Source: Auanema rhodensis (taxonomy: Eukaryota; Animalia; Nematoda). Taken from it: a DNA stretch of 64,000 nucleotides. The stretch is from positions 10,168,001 to 10,232,000 of the forward strand of contig OZ059896.1 in NCBI GenBank assembly GCA_964057225.1, in the 5' to 3' direction. Every line of letters begins with the position of its first letter. The stretch's first letter is position 1. The notes beneath the pieces were generated by a model. The model saw nothing but the letters and a program-made list of their open reading frames with translations. It ran no database searches and was not told the DNA's origin. Positions 13,538 through 26,555 of the stretch are shown one piece after another. Made by a program: the position numbers and the translations under genes.

Positions 13538-16500
13538 ATGTTGGATGATATTGAAGCTGTGCATTATCATGATAACGTCGTCACCCAGCTAGATTGTGCA
13601 GACAATGAGCCGTCGACATCATCTAATATTCAAAAGCTAGTGTCTGCTGATTTGACAATGGCAATTGATACAAGTCGACAAATAATTCCAATTACTAATA
13701 CCATGATAACACAATTACAAATATTCTCACGCTATCGTCCAGATATCAGAATCCTATACAAACAGCTGATTCTGATTTCCTTATTAATACTACTATTCTA
13801 TCTACCTACTGCTGAATCAGTAAAATGTTATTGTACAGATGATCATTGCGTTCCATATGGAGCATGTGATGGAACAGTTTGTTTGGTTGGAATACTCCGA
13901 GAAAATAACCAAATTATACGTACATGTGGCTCACACCCGTTAGGATGTCATAGGTATGGTTTTCATTTATTATTTTTTTCTTTTTTTTTAAATAGTTATT
14001 AGTTTATGTATTTATGTATATATCTATATAAATAACAATAATAATAAGAAATATATAATATAATATATATAAATATATATATTTTTCTATATATATATAT
14101 ATATATATATAGCTAGATAGATAGAGGAATCTTTTCCGTTTTTGCTGTCAAAGGATTGACAACCGGCATATACATGGCTTTTCTACTTCATTTCAAAACC
14201 TCCTTTCTCTCTTCGCTCTTCTGTCTATCTGTCTGTTATGCAAAAAAAAATAAAAAAGAGAGAAAGAAAAGATGTTCCTTATGAATAAACTGTTCAAGTT
14301 ATTCATTTTTTGCTTTTTCCTCGTCTTCTTCTTCTTCTTCTTCTTGTCATTGAAAATGTCCATTCCTTAACTGCTGTTCGTGAATATGGATTTGTGTCCA
14401 TCCAACCAGCTTTCATAAAGAAACAAATCATTGAAGTTCGCTTTTCATAAGCATTCAGTTTATAAAATAATCGTTTTCAAATATTTTTTTATAAAAATTA
14501 TAAAAATTGCATATACTTATAATAATTTATTAAAGTAACTTGTAACAAAGAAAGCATATTTCTATTCTTCTGACGCTTTCACGATTTCTATGCCAGCCTT
14601 TTCGGCTGCTTTTCGTCATGCTGTTCTCTCCACCACCATCATTTCACATGCAATGTGATCTGGCTTCATCTCTTCTTACAAAGCAGCTCAGTTCCTTAAG
14701 CATTGTCTCTCTACATCTCATTCTGCTTCTCATGATTCTTGAAGAGAGATTCCGAATCGGTGAGTGTAAAAGCCGTAAGTTGAGCATAGAAGAGAGTCCA
14801 GCCGTATTCGGAAAAACGTTAGGGTTAGTGGAAAGCTATGTGGGTCCATCTAAAGAATCCTATTACAAACGTGTCAGTTCATCTCATACATACTAAATGA
14901 ATTGCAAAATCAATTAACCATGATAGTTTAAAGCTTCTCTTAACCACAAATGATCTTTATGTCAAAGCCTCAGTTGAGTTTTGTTGTTTACATATTGATT
15001 ATATACTTCAGAATATATTCCATATGAAAGCGTCAATCAACCGACGACGTCATATGTAATATGCACGAAATTCAGATGAATACAACCTATTCCCTCTAGA
15101 TCCCAGCTAATTTCATTTTTGTTCTAAATCTATAGAGAGGAAAAATGTTGTTAGAATGAAAAGATTCCAGATGAAAAAGACGTTGATGATGAAGCAGATT
15201 CTTGTCATCTCACATGTCGATTTGACGAGAATATAGACAAATAGCTTCATCGCTAACGTCGTCGAGCCTGCTGGTTTCCGTGGACCAATCCAATTATAGA
15301 TGGCCAGCAAAAAATGTCCGGTGGCCATGCCATTCTTTATCCTCTTCTTCTCTCAGCTTTCATCTCTTGACCTCGAATTACTTATCCATTTTCGTTCAAA
15401 TCTATTGCAAATACTTCAGATAAACATAGCGCAACAACAGTTTATTGACGGATGAAGGAGAGAAGCAAGAAGTGTTTTATAAAATTGAGAAGACGTTAAG
15501 AATCACTTCAAAACATGAAGTGTATCATAATAACATCATCCACAATTTTCCTGTAATTAAATTGAATTTTGTATATTTTTTTCCGAATTTTAACAAGACC
15601 ATTACGAAAATTCTTGAAAATTCTAAGATTTATATACTATATGTATAAAATATAAGTGATAAAATATTTCTTTATATAACAATGACATTTGAAAGTTGCT
15701 CTCATTAAGTGAAACCAACTTTTCAATATACATATATTACGCTCAAAAAGTTCAAATGACTTCCAAACTTTGAACTGAAGAACTTTTTTGTAAACTTGAA
15801 GAATGCTTATTGTTTTCACAGTTTTGGTTCATTTTGTACTATAAATAATGAAAAATTGTATGCAGTTGATTGCAATGTCTTAGAGTTTTCTTCTCTGAAA
15901 ACTTCTAAACATCTCCTAACCTCACAGCTTGACTCCTCAAAAACTAAAAACTTGAATTGACACAGAATGAAGGGGGAACAAGGGCCTCGTTTGAATAAAT
16001 CGGATGAAATCAAAGACATTTTCATTTGTTGTTTCATGAAAGAGATGGTATTACTAAATCGTTTTTCTTTTAAACAAAAGAACATTCATAAATATATCTC
16101 CTGGAATTGCATATTTCCTTTTTTGCATTCAAATTCTTTTGTTCTGGAGCTGCGAAATCTTCATATTAAACCAAAGAGCATACACATAGTGTGTCTATCT
16201 CCCTATTTCCATTTCATCTTCTCCTATCCAGTTTTTTGTTATGTAAACAATTTTTATTTACCAAAAACGTAAATCATTTATTACTTTTCAACAAAATACT
16301 TTTCGCTTTTGAAAGAAAAAAAAAATCAAATATGAGTGAAGACGACCAAATATGTTTCCGTTTTTGTGACTCCCGTTTTCTTTCTAATTGTTTTTTGAAT
16401 TACTTCACGTTGTCAGAAGCTTTCTGGTCACGCAACGAATGTACAGAACTACTCAAAACATTCAGACTTTAAGCTTTAAGCTATTTTGCTAAGTTCTAAA

Positions 16501-17880
16501 TAATTCAATCTTTATGTGGATATCAACTGAATATCGTGTACTCTATTTCAGAAAAATCGTAAATAGAATAGAATCAAAACCTAGCAATCTCTTTAATGTA
16601 TAAAGCTACGAGATTTTTGAATATAATAAATAATGACCATGTTTCCGCATAACAAATATAAAATCTTTTAGAAAAAAGTTGTAAAAATATCTTTTTTCGG
16701 TCGTGTGTTTATATGTGCATAGTTACTCTTTATCCGTAACTTATGGGACACATAGATACAGAATACAAGTATGGTTAGAATTTCAAATTTGCTTGCTTCC
16801 GGATTCTATTAATGATGACAATGACAACGGCAATTTTTAAAATGAGATATCTGATTGATTCCGGAAGAAGCACGTCAATTCAACTGACAGCCTTTGTTAT
16901 CGTCTTCGTCTTCGATGGTAGTTCTTACACATCGTCATTTCATGCGACTTGAATAAATTGATTTGACGAATACAGACTTTTACTTCATTATGCTTGAGAG
17001 AGAAGAAGAAGAAGAAGAAGAAGAAGTCGAAATTCCTATTTGTCGTTCTAATAATATGTCCAATTGGGATGAACATAACACTCTCTTATTTTCTCTTTCT
17101 CTTTCTCGATCCAGGCTCTGAACTCAAAAGGCCATGCTCTAAGATTCTAAAATCAATATTGTTGCGGCAACTCAATTAGCATGTCGTTTATCTCGGCTCT
17201 AACTTGATTATTTGTGCTCTCTGATGACTCTACCAGCCCTGAATTGTCCTATGAAACAACGACAAAGCAGTTTTCATCTGAAATCTGTTGTGAATTTATG
17301 TTTTGATCTAATTCAACTGTAAACAATGTTCAATGACATGGGAGTTGTTTCATTTGGGCGTTAACTGAAAAACTTAGGAAAAAGCTGCAAGCTAAGGGAA
17401 ATAACAATGACTCATATAGAGCTACAAAGTCCAATTCTTCTTTCTTTTTTTCTAGATGTATAAGTATGTCTTATTTAATTGCCGGAGGTCGTATGACCTT
17501 TCTATGCTCAGTTGATTATAGGTAGGATTGTTGGAGATGAATAAGTTACGGATCTTACTTTTATTCTTAAAGCTATAGTTCCTGTTCCGTTCTTTTTTCT
17601 TTTTTCTAACTCATTCTTCAGTCCTAATTTTGCTTCAACCAATTAACTTTCAAGCTAAGTTTTCAGTAAAAGTAAGAAACAGCTTTTTTCCTGCTTAAAC
17701 ATGAATGTTATCATCATTCATGTATATTCTGAATAAGTAGTAGTTATTGACTAAGAAAAACAATGAAAGTTGAAAGGAAAATAAAATAAATTAGAAAACT
17801 TTTTCATATAAATTTCAATTTTATGAACTATTCTTGTTTGAAATTCTGGTAAATATGTATATAAAGATTTGTGTTTATCC

Positions 17881-17935
<55 letters not shown>

Positions 17936-20689
17936 TTCTAACTCTTTTTGCTGTCTCAACATATTAATTTCAAGATATAAAAAGCTTTTTTCATATATAT
18001 TGCCAGAGTCTTAGTGGAAAAATATGAAATGTAGCAGAATAAGTTTTACAAAAGAGGACCATGCTCTATTTTAAAGAATAATGAATGAATTATGTCAATC
18101 TTGAATCCATGCTACTTCATGCAAAATATGATTGCAATACATTTTGATTGTAGTTTAATCATTCGGGAAATATATCATAACCATATATAATATTATTATA
18201 TAACTCATTTTATATGGTCCTACAGGGAATATATAAGATATGAATGTAGATTTTTGGCTATGCCGCCAAGCTATCGCCCTTTGTCATCTTTACTGGTTAC
18301 GGCTTCTGGTCCTGCTCATGTTACAATTGCTTAATAGATTGCTTTATGTGAAGCATATGGTCACCAACAAATTTCTGTGCCTCTATCTCTCTATCCTACA
18401 AATATTTTCTTTCTCTCTTTCTCTCTCTCTCTCAGTCTATCTCTCTCAGTCTATCTAGCTATCTCTTCTTTTCAACATTTTATTTAAAAATCTCTCTTTT
18501 TCTTTATATTCATTCTTTTCTAAGGCGGCATTCACTAAATTTGACAGCAGAATTGAAAGAACGAAGGGTGAAAGCTTAAAAAGAAACATGAAATATTCCA
18601 GGATAGTAATATTAGTCAACAGATTTTCATTTTTCAATGAAATGCTATTAGTAGTAATAACAACATGAATAATAAGCAGAAAATGAAGCTTACTGAATTG
18701 TTGTTGATTAATACAGCAAATGGCATTCTTTCATCATCTTCTTCTTCTTTTTTTGAGCAAATATGAGAAGTGAAATGATGAATTTGTTCGACGAAACATA
18801 AATTTTGACCACAATTTCAATTCGTTGTTATCTAAATAAGCCAAATATGCTAAGCATTAGGCTTGAAAGCTCTTTTTATCTCTCACTCGTTTTCTATTTT
18901 CTTTACACGCTTACTAGACTTCCAACTTAACATGCTACGCTTCAGTTTCCATCAAGAAAAAATGGTGATCATGTTTAAACATCGCTTATATACTCCATTC
19001 AGTCAATGTTAGCCAACTCACTTTGTTACTTAGTTAATGAAGAAAAAAATGAAAGGGAGAATTAGATTGAAATATAAACTTTCATCACTTTAATTAGTCA
19101 TATAAAACCAATTAGTTGTTCAAGATTTAATGATTTGAACTACATATATGTATATATGGTAACAATGATTTATATTTGATATCATTTCTTAAATAATTAA
19201 TATATTATTTTCAATTATATAAAAACTTTTATTTTATTCATATATACATACTTACTAGACCCTATTTCTACTACTGCTACTACTACCTCCTTTCACTATC
19301 TTCTTTTGAATCCTTTTGTTTCAAATTTTACATAGTAGCTTAGATTTTGGTCAATAGACTTTTATTATTAGAAATATATATATACATCAATAATGCTAAG
19401 AAAGCATATGTTAAGGAATTTGCAAAAAGTTTTAGAAAAGAAAATATATTGGAGGGGGTAGGGAGAGAATAAACTATAAGAAATAATATTCATATCTATG
19501 TGAAAGATTCCGACATTTGACTTGAATCATCTTCGACTTAAGTCTACATAGTCTAGTCAAAGTTGCCGACTTGAGCAAGTCTAATACTTCTTTACATATG
19601 TATCTAGACTTAACCCTTTGAAAAATGGCTACATACAAGATTCTTCTTCTGTGTTATTCCAGCAGTTTTCATAATATTTCAAAACTAACTGAGAGAAAAT
19701 ACATATGTAAAACCATATATATATATATATATATAAATAACTAAAATATGAAACAACTAGGGAACATTATTTATAATAAACTTTGAATAAAGAAAATCAT
19801 TGAATGAATTCATTGAATTCAATATTCGATATTCAAGGTATGGACGTTATTGGTCACTTGATATGTGGTAAGTCTAGTGGCTTATGTACATTTTTCTGTA
19901 TTAGACAGAAAATTATGTTTATTTTGAATAAAAAAAATGATAAGAATGATATGATGAAAGAAAATATCATGAATTATATGTGTGAATTAATTTGTCAAAT
20001 GCTTTGTCTTTTAATAAAAAATATAATATTATATATACAAAAAGTATGCTAAATGTAGTAGAATATGCTTATTGTTTTACTTTGTGTATCATTAGTTGAT
20101 TTAGATATGTTCAAATATTTGTAGAGTGTTTCTTAATATTATATTTATATAATTAATTTTATATTAATTTTGCAGGGATGAAGATGATAAATGGACTGAT
20201 TTATGTGCGTGTGATCAGCCACTATGCAATACATTTAGCTATTTAAGAGCTCATACAAGGTTTGTAAGATAACGATTATCGTTGACTTTTATTGAAAAAA
20301 TTATAAATTTAAAACTATTTAATATAGTTTTAATTGAATTATCGTAATAATTCATTATTTTTTAATTTATTTTCAGTCAGCAACGTCAAGAAGCACAATT
20401 TGTTCCTGATCCGGATGAAGTTCCATTAGTGTTCAATCGTATGGATCGTACAGATGATGAACCAGCTCCTCCAGCAGCACCAATTTCAACCAGAACTTCA
20501 CTCCTTACTCTATTACTTGTCGTGGTACCTCTAACAGTTGGTGGTGCTACAATTATGGTTTGTTTTAAAATTTCGAATTTTAAATTATTATTTTTTCTCA
20601 AAAAAAAATTTCTAAAGTTTGCTTTTTTTGTTTCACTAACAACAATTTTTCAGGTTGTTGCCTTCAACTACTACTGTCATTTGTGCTAA
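13538..20689 (+). CDS. Single-pass membrane protein with a 10-Cys three-finger (activin-receptor ectodomain/Ly6-like) domain and no kinase domain
   Basis: Exons 13538-13953, 20176-20259, 20377-20557 and 20654-20689 splice in frame. Hydrophobic signal (LILISLLILLFYLPTAES), then CYCTDDHCVPYGACDGTVC...RTCGSHPLGCHRDEDDKWTDLCACDQPLCN, a TM segment (LLTLLLVVVPLTVGGATIMVVAF) and tail NYYCHLC*. The true start Met is uncertain. Confidence 0.8.
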
Positions 20690-21774
20690 TCCTTGGTCTA
20701 TACTTTTAAATTGACACAAAGTTTTAATCAAATATTCATGTACTGGTATGGCTTTCAATGCGGGTCACTTACAGCACCGATATCAACGGCTTTGTGTTTA
20801 TTCTGGTGAATTCTTATGAAACTTCAACAAAAAATATTTTTTTTAAAACACCAAAAGAAGAAGAAACAAATTCTTTTTTTCTATCTCAAGAGTTACAACA
20901 CGTAAGACGTTCAAAACAATTTTTTTAACTCTTCTCGTCTCTTCAAGACTTTTCGAATTATAGCTTCTATATTTACCTTTTCTTTTGTTTAAATTTGTAT
21001 TCATAAAAATATATAATTTTAAATAATATATATTTGTTTTAAAACTTATTATATTTCATCATTTTCAGATATTTTTTTATTTAATGTATGGATGATGTGG
21101 TTCTCTGTATTTCCAATTTATTTACTAACTGAAGCTTTAATACCAAACCATTTGTGCCTTGTTAAATACAATTATACTCCAATCTCTAGATGTATATTGC
21201 TCAGATGGACCAGATATTCTTGAAAACCATGGCAAACGATAATATTTATAATATCAATACTTTTAAGTAAAAAAAACATTATTTTGAATTATTCTTCTGA
21301 AGTTGAAATTATTTTTTTAAATTGTAAATGTTGTATGTTGTAAGTCTTTGTGTTTATAAATCTTTTTTTTCTTGGTTTTCTAAGAAATATTATTTTTCTT
21401 TTATTTTTGGTTTTATACTGAGATTTTAAATGTTTTGTTATTACTCAACTTTACAATATTGAATATGTTTATATATTTAAGTAGATATCATTTCAAAATA
21501 AAATTTTTTTTTTTTAGAAAAAATTTATTTAATTTTTCAACATTTAATAATCTATATTATGCATATAAGCTGAAGGTTCAAGTGTAAGCAGAAGGTTCAA
21601 GAGTCAAGTGCATTGCCCCCCCCCCCTCCGTAATTAACCCCACCAAGCCGTAAGCCCCACCCCTTTTGCCGAATTGGACGCAGTTGCTTAAAAATAAAAT
21701 AAAATAATATACCTTTTTAAAACCATTTTACGTGGTGAAATTGCTGAATTTATGAAATGAATTTAGAATAAATA

Positions 21775-22893
21775 TTAGGTCCCGAACTAAGTCTTGCGCC
21801 CCCCCTAGTGTGACATGAAAAATCAAAAAAAAGTATGAGAGTTGCAAAAAATTTATTAAATACTGTATTGCCCTTTGTTGGCAATAACCTTCTCCCACTT
21901 TTCTTTCAGCTTTCGAATTCCGTTTCTGAAAAATAGTTTACTTTTAGTTGCAAAAAAGATTTTAACAAAATTTTCAACTTCCTCTAAGGTTTTGAAGTTT
22001 TCACCCCTTAAACTATGCTCCATTGATCTAAACAGATGGTAATCTGTTGGAGCAAGATCTGGAGAGTATGGGGGATGCTTCAAAACCGTCCATTTCATGT
22101 CCTGAAGCGTCTGTTGAGCTTTCGCACAACAGTGTGGGCGCGCGTTGTCGTGCAGTAGCGCGATGCTCCTGTTTCTGAGCCCCTCATCAGCTTCAATGGC
22201 AGCATGAAGCTTTCTGAGTTGCTCAGAATAGTAGTTCCCATCTATGGTTCTTCCATAAGGAAGAAGCTCATAGAAAAGAACACCGTTTTCGCTCCAGAAA
22301 ACGGATAGGAGCGCTTTTTTAGGCGTTTGTGGGTTTACCCTGGGGGTCATTGGAACTTCCTGCCCAGGGTTTACCCAAAACTTAAGCCTGTTTGGATTGG
22401 AGTAGAGAATCCACTTCTCGTCTCCAGTTACCAAACTTTTGAAAAAACCCCTTTTTTGGCTCATTTTCAGAAGACCCTGAGCCAAACTTATTCTCGATCT
22501 GAGATTACTCTCAGTCAGAACATGAGGGGAAAAAGGTGAAATTTTATGGATTTTACCCATTTTTTTCAACCTTTTTGAAATAGCAACATCGCTGACTTTC
22601 AGAATGTTTCCCATTTGAAGCTGAGTTGCTCCAGGATTCTCATCCAAAACATTCTGAAGGTCTGCGTTGCCGAATTTCTTACCAGCGCCAGACCTTAGAC
22701 GATCTTTTAAATCGGTTTCGCCCGCTCTAAAACGCGAATATCATCTTTTGCAGGTGCTGTAGTTTGGAGATGAATCTCCATAAACAGCTCTCATTTTTTT
22801 AAAGGGCTGCTTTCGCAGATAATCCTTCATTAAAATGATAAAATTCGAAAAACTAGGGGGGGGGGGGGGCGCAAGACTTAGTTCGGGACCTAA
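21775..22893 (-). mobile_element. Mariner (DD34D) transposon, defective
   Basis: TIR TTAGGTCCCGAACTAAGTCTTGCGCCCCCCC at both ends, with TA TSDs at 21773-21774 and 22894-22895. Length 1119 bp. Confidence 0.95.
21856..22845 (-). pseudogene. Mariner transposase pseudogene
   Basis: TGDEKW, HDNARPH and YSPDLAPTDYHLF are intact with 34 residues between the last two Asp. The N-terminal HTH has a TGA at 22741-22743 (CKR*YSRF) and a +1 frameshift near 22805. The start codon and 5' UTR are missing. Confidence 0.9.
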
Positions 22894-23221
22894 TATATTA
22901 TAATTGAATTTAATCAAAAAAAAATCAAAAAATTCAGAAAAACCTCACACAATTTGTTTATAACTTTGTCTAAGTCTAGTTCACAGATGGTTAATGAAGC
23001 AATGATGAACACAGAAAAAAAATCATATTATCAACATTGATATTCAATTTTGAAATTTATTAATTAAATGATTATATAAATGTATTATGTAGTTTTGTGT
23101 GCTGTTTTTTTTTGCTAATTAATCTTGAACAGCAAAAATGAAAAAGTATGCACCGTTTGGAAAAAAGGGCGGGGCTGACGGCGGGGGAGGGCTGCACTAG
23201 AGCCAAGCTGAATATTCGTAT

Positions 23222-23958
23222 TGTAGTAGTAACAAAGGATAAGGTACAGACTATACTCTACGATCTATATGATCTATGAAATGGTATAAGAGTAAGAAAA
23301 GAGTCCCAATTTAGTCAGTTAGGCTCTCTTGAGACTCAGGTCACTGCTTCTGTTCATTTTTGTTGCAAATTGAACTGATTGTGTTTTATTTTATCTTGTT
23401 ACTGAACTAATATCTAGACTAGAGATTTACCTCTGCAAAATAAAGTCTTATAATAATCAAAAGTTGCTTCAATCAAGGAATAGAACTGAAGAAATAGTGC
23501 GTGCATCATAAGAGAGCATTAAGGGAGAGTTCCAGAATTTTTTTAGAAATTGAAGTTCAGGAGATTGAGGAGATGAAAAGAAACTGTATGGTGCTTCGAC
23601 GAGCAAGTCATGTCCAGGAAGTGGGGGACCAAGTTATCAGTCTGATCAACGAGGCTGTCACAACAGTAAGTTCGTCACTTTATTTGGAATGTCTTAGTTT
23701 GAATATGGAAGAAAGAGTCCCCAGGCTCATTCAAAATGTTAAGTCTGTTGCAAGGGTAAAACAGAGAGAGAATGAGGCGTTGAGAGAAAAAAAACACTTG
23801 GAGAATATGAACTCAGGAAAAAAGGAGGTATTAAAAAAGAACATACAGTGTGAAAAGGTTATTATGTTTTTTGTTGTAAATTGATAGTCTTATCCTATAA
23901 ATTATGATAACCAAAGGTTGCTTCAATCGAGGAATAGAACGGGCTAACAAGCGTCACG
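23222..23958. mobile_element. Probable solo LTR (737 bp)
   Basis: Absent from the paralogous sites in units 2 and 3. Begins TGT and ends TCACG (degenerate ACA), flanked by GTAT direct repeats (23218-23221, 23959-23962). Contains AATAAA near 23438 and an internal ~40-bp repeat (about 23448-23487 and 23902-23940). Confidence 0.6.
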
Positions 23959-24170
23959 GTATATATTTAAAATATTTTCACTTTGTATATCATTTGTTTA
24001 TAACTATGTCTAAGTCTAGTTTACAGATGGTTAATGATGTAATGATGAACACAGAAAATCATATTATCATATGTAATATTCAATTTTGAAATTGATTAAT
24101 TAAATGATTATATAAATGTATTATGTAGTTTTGTGTGCTGTTTTTTTTTTGCAAATTAATCTTGAACACC

Positions 24171-26555
24171 ATGCTAAACTTTCAAAACGAATCAAAACAT
24201 TTAGTCTATAGCATGCTATACGTACAAACCGAAAAATATTTTATGGTTATTTTTTGTATTTAATAAGAGATACCAATATTCCATAAATATATTTTTTTAT
24301 AATTTTGAAGAATTGAATATATACATATATGTGTGTATATGTGTACATAAATCAAATTTTTTCCTTTTATTTTTTCCTTCTTTAGTTTGTATTTTCTTTT
24401 CTTTTGGCAAAAAAGAGAAAGTTTAAATGTAAGTATTTTAACTGTTAGCCTATTACAGACACCTATTATGGAAGCTTATGTTATAATAATGTGGAGTTTA
24501 TCTATATTTGGGTTTATTACATTAATTGTATCGTTATATTTAATATATTCTCGAAATGTAAATGGATTATCAAACGAATTTAAATTTATTATGATAGGAC
24601 AGATTATTGTGTATATTCATTTATATTTAATTATCATTTTATCATTTTTTTTCGTATTTTAAGGGCAAGCGCATCACAAATATGTTTAACAGCTGGTACT
24701 GTTCCGATGATAATTTTACCATGTATGGCAGGTTATCCTATGGGAATACTCACACATTTAGGAATTGATACCTACATGCAGCTCTGTATTCAGATTAGCT
24801 TAATATCTTGTATGAATATAATATTAAATGTAATATTTTTATATTTTAATGAATTAATTATTTTCAGTAAATGCATTCTCTATAAGTTCATTAACTTTAC
24901 ATAGAGCATTTGCTGTTGTTATTAATATTAAAAGAAAATATGAATATATCTCTAAAGGAATTAATTATACACATATAATATTTCAATGTACAGTCTTTCC
25001 TTCTTTATTATCATTATTGACTTTTTTTCATGAAGAAGGTGTTGCTGAATGTCAAAAGGTACAATATCATTGATTAACTATAAGTTTAACTATAAATTTT
25101 AATATATATTTGATTTAGATATATAAAGGACCTATTCCAACTGGTATATATCTAAAAAGAACAATTTTTCTATTTCCTTCAATAGATAAATATACTTTAT
25201 TGTTCGTTTGTGATATTTTCGTTATGATTGTGGTATATACTTCTATATTCATCACAAGCACTCTATTTTTACTTCGAACCCTTGATAAACACAAATCGTC
25301 AGTTGTTTCCCAAAGTATGATGGATCATCAAAAACGAATAACTATATCAATTTTATCTTTGGTTAGTTACTTTCTTCGGCGCTTTTTCCGTTTCTATACC
25401 CCCCGTCTTAAGCCCCGCCCCTTTTACCGTTTGGCACATACTTTTATTAAAATGTGATACCTATGTGAGATACGGTGGTATCCAGATATCCACAAATGTT
25501 CCATTTTTTTTAGAATATCCCTTCTACAGTCTTTTATGGTACATCTCCACTTATTTCGAGCAAAAGAAAGACTCATTTTTCGTTAACATCGTTCACATTC
25601 GTTAGTCTCAAAGACTATACCTTTTTCTTGCAAGAATTGAATGGCATCAGCTTCAGTAAGAAGCCGTTCTTTTGGAGCAAACATTTAGACGAAAAATGGT
25701 TGATAATGTATATGCAATAACCAATAATGATTCAGTTCTTATATCATAATATATTCAAGGTTTATTACACTTATTATAGATATCCCCATAGGGGGGGAAA
25801 CCCCCCCCCCAAACCCCCCCGTTTTAGGAAGGGAAGCCGAATGGTAGAAAAGTATGCGCCCAACGGTAAAAGGGGCGGGGCTAAAATCGGGGGGTATAGA
25901 AACGGAAAAAGAACCCTTTCTTCTAATAGTCATTCATTTCATATACTAACTATACTTATTTATTTATTTATTTGTCTTTACAAGAGAATCAAATGATATT
26001 TTTAATTTTCATTTTATTCATTTAAAATTTTATTATTATTATTAATTTTTAGGCTTTTGTAGAAATAATAGGCGTATTTATACCTGCATTTTGGATTATG
26101 TTTGCAACTCTTACTGAGATACCATATCCAAGTAATATTTTAATTTTTTATAATATTTATTAAAAAATATTAATTATCTAAACGGTTGTATGTACGTAAT
26201 ACGTAATACTACGTATACTACGTATATATACATATAATTTTTCTAACTATTAGTACCAGTTAATAGATGATGTTTTTGAAGATTTAATTAAAATTATTTT
26301 AAAATAAACTAATTATAAAAATCATATACATATCTTTAAATCTTTTTTCCCAATTTGTTTTTTAGTAATCACCAAACTTTCATTTTTGTGTTTGGCTATT
26401 GCTCCGATTTTAGGATGTACTATTCTCATTGGAGGTACACCTGCATATGCAAATGAATTTCGAAAACTTATCGCAAAAGGTTAATTTATCCTATTTGAAA
26501 AATTTTTATTTTCAAATTTATACTTCTAGTATACCCTAAAACGAGTGGAAAATAG
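24171..26555 (+). CDS. Serpentine 7TM chemoreceptor, Srh/Sri (Str superfamily), copy 1; 8 exons, ORF intact
   Basis: Spliced protein MLNFQNESKHLVYSMLY-TPIMEAYVIIMWSLSIFGFITLIVSLYLIY...LPCMAGYPMGILTHLGIDTYMQ...HRAFAV...SQSMMDHQKRITISILSL-AFVEIIGVFIPAF...GGTPAYANEFRKLIAKVYPKTSGK*. Seven hydrophobic segments; the P..AGYP.G.L..LG motif is typical of Srh/Sri. Confidence 0.85.
25378..25915 (-). mobile_element. Merlin (IS1595/IS1016-related) internal-deletion derivative in chemoreceptor intron 5
   Basis: 8-bp TSD CTTTCTTC (25370-25377, 25916-25923); single copy at the empty sites in units 2 and 3. ~70-bp TIRs start with GG. The minus strand from ATG 25684 reads MFAPKERLLTEADAIQFLQEKGIVFETNECERC*RKMSLSFARNKWRCTIKDC, the zinc-ribbon N-terminus of Merlin transposases. 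Confidence 0.88.

Larger units (their letters stand above)
21575..23204. mobile_element. Non-autonomous Merlin-like DNA transposon containing a nested mariner and a captured host fragment
   Basis: 8-bp TSD AAGCTGAA at 21567-21574 and 23205-23212. The paralogous empty site (about 31696 and 36788) has one copy. Termini are GG...CC with imperfect TIRs (GGTTCAAGTG.. / GGCTCTAGTGCAG) and GC-rich subterminal motifs shared with the element at 25378. Confidence 0.8.

Noticed and set aside
23501-23884. 127-aa ORF
   Set aside because: GTG start, lies inside the probable solo LTR, and no domain recognised.
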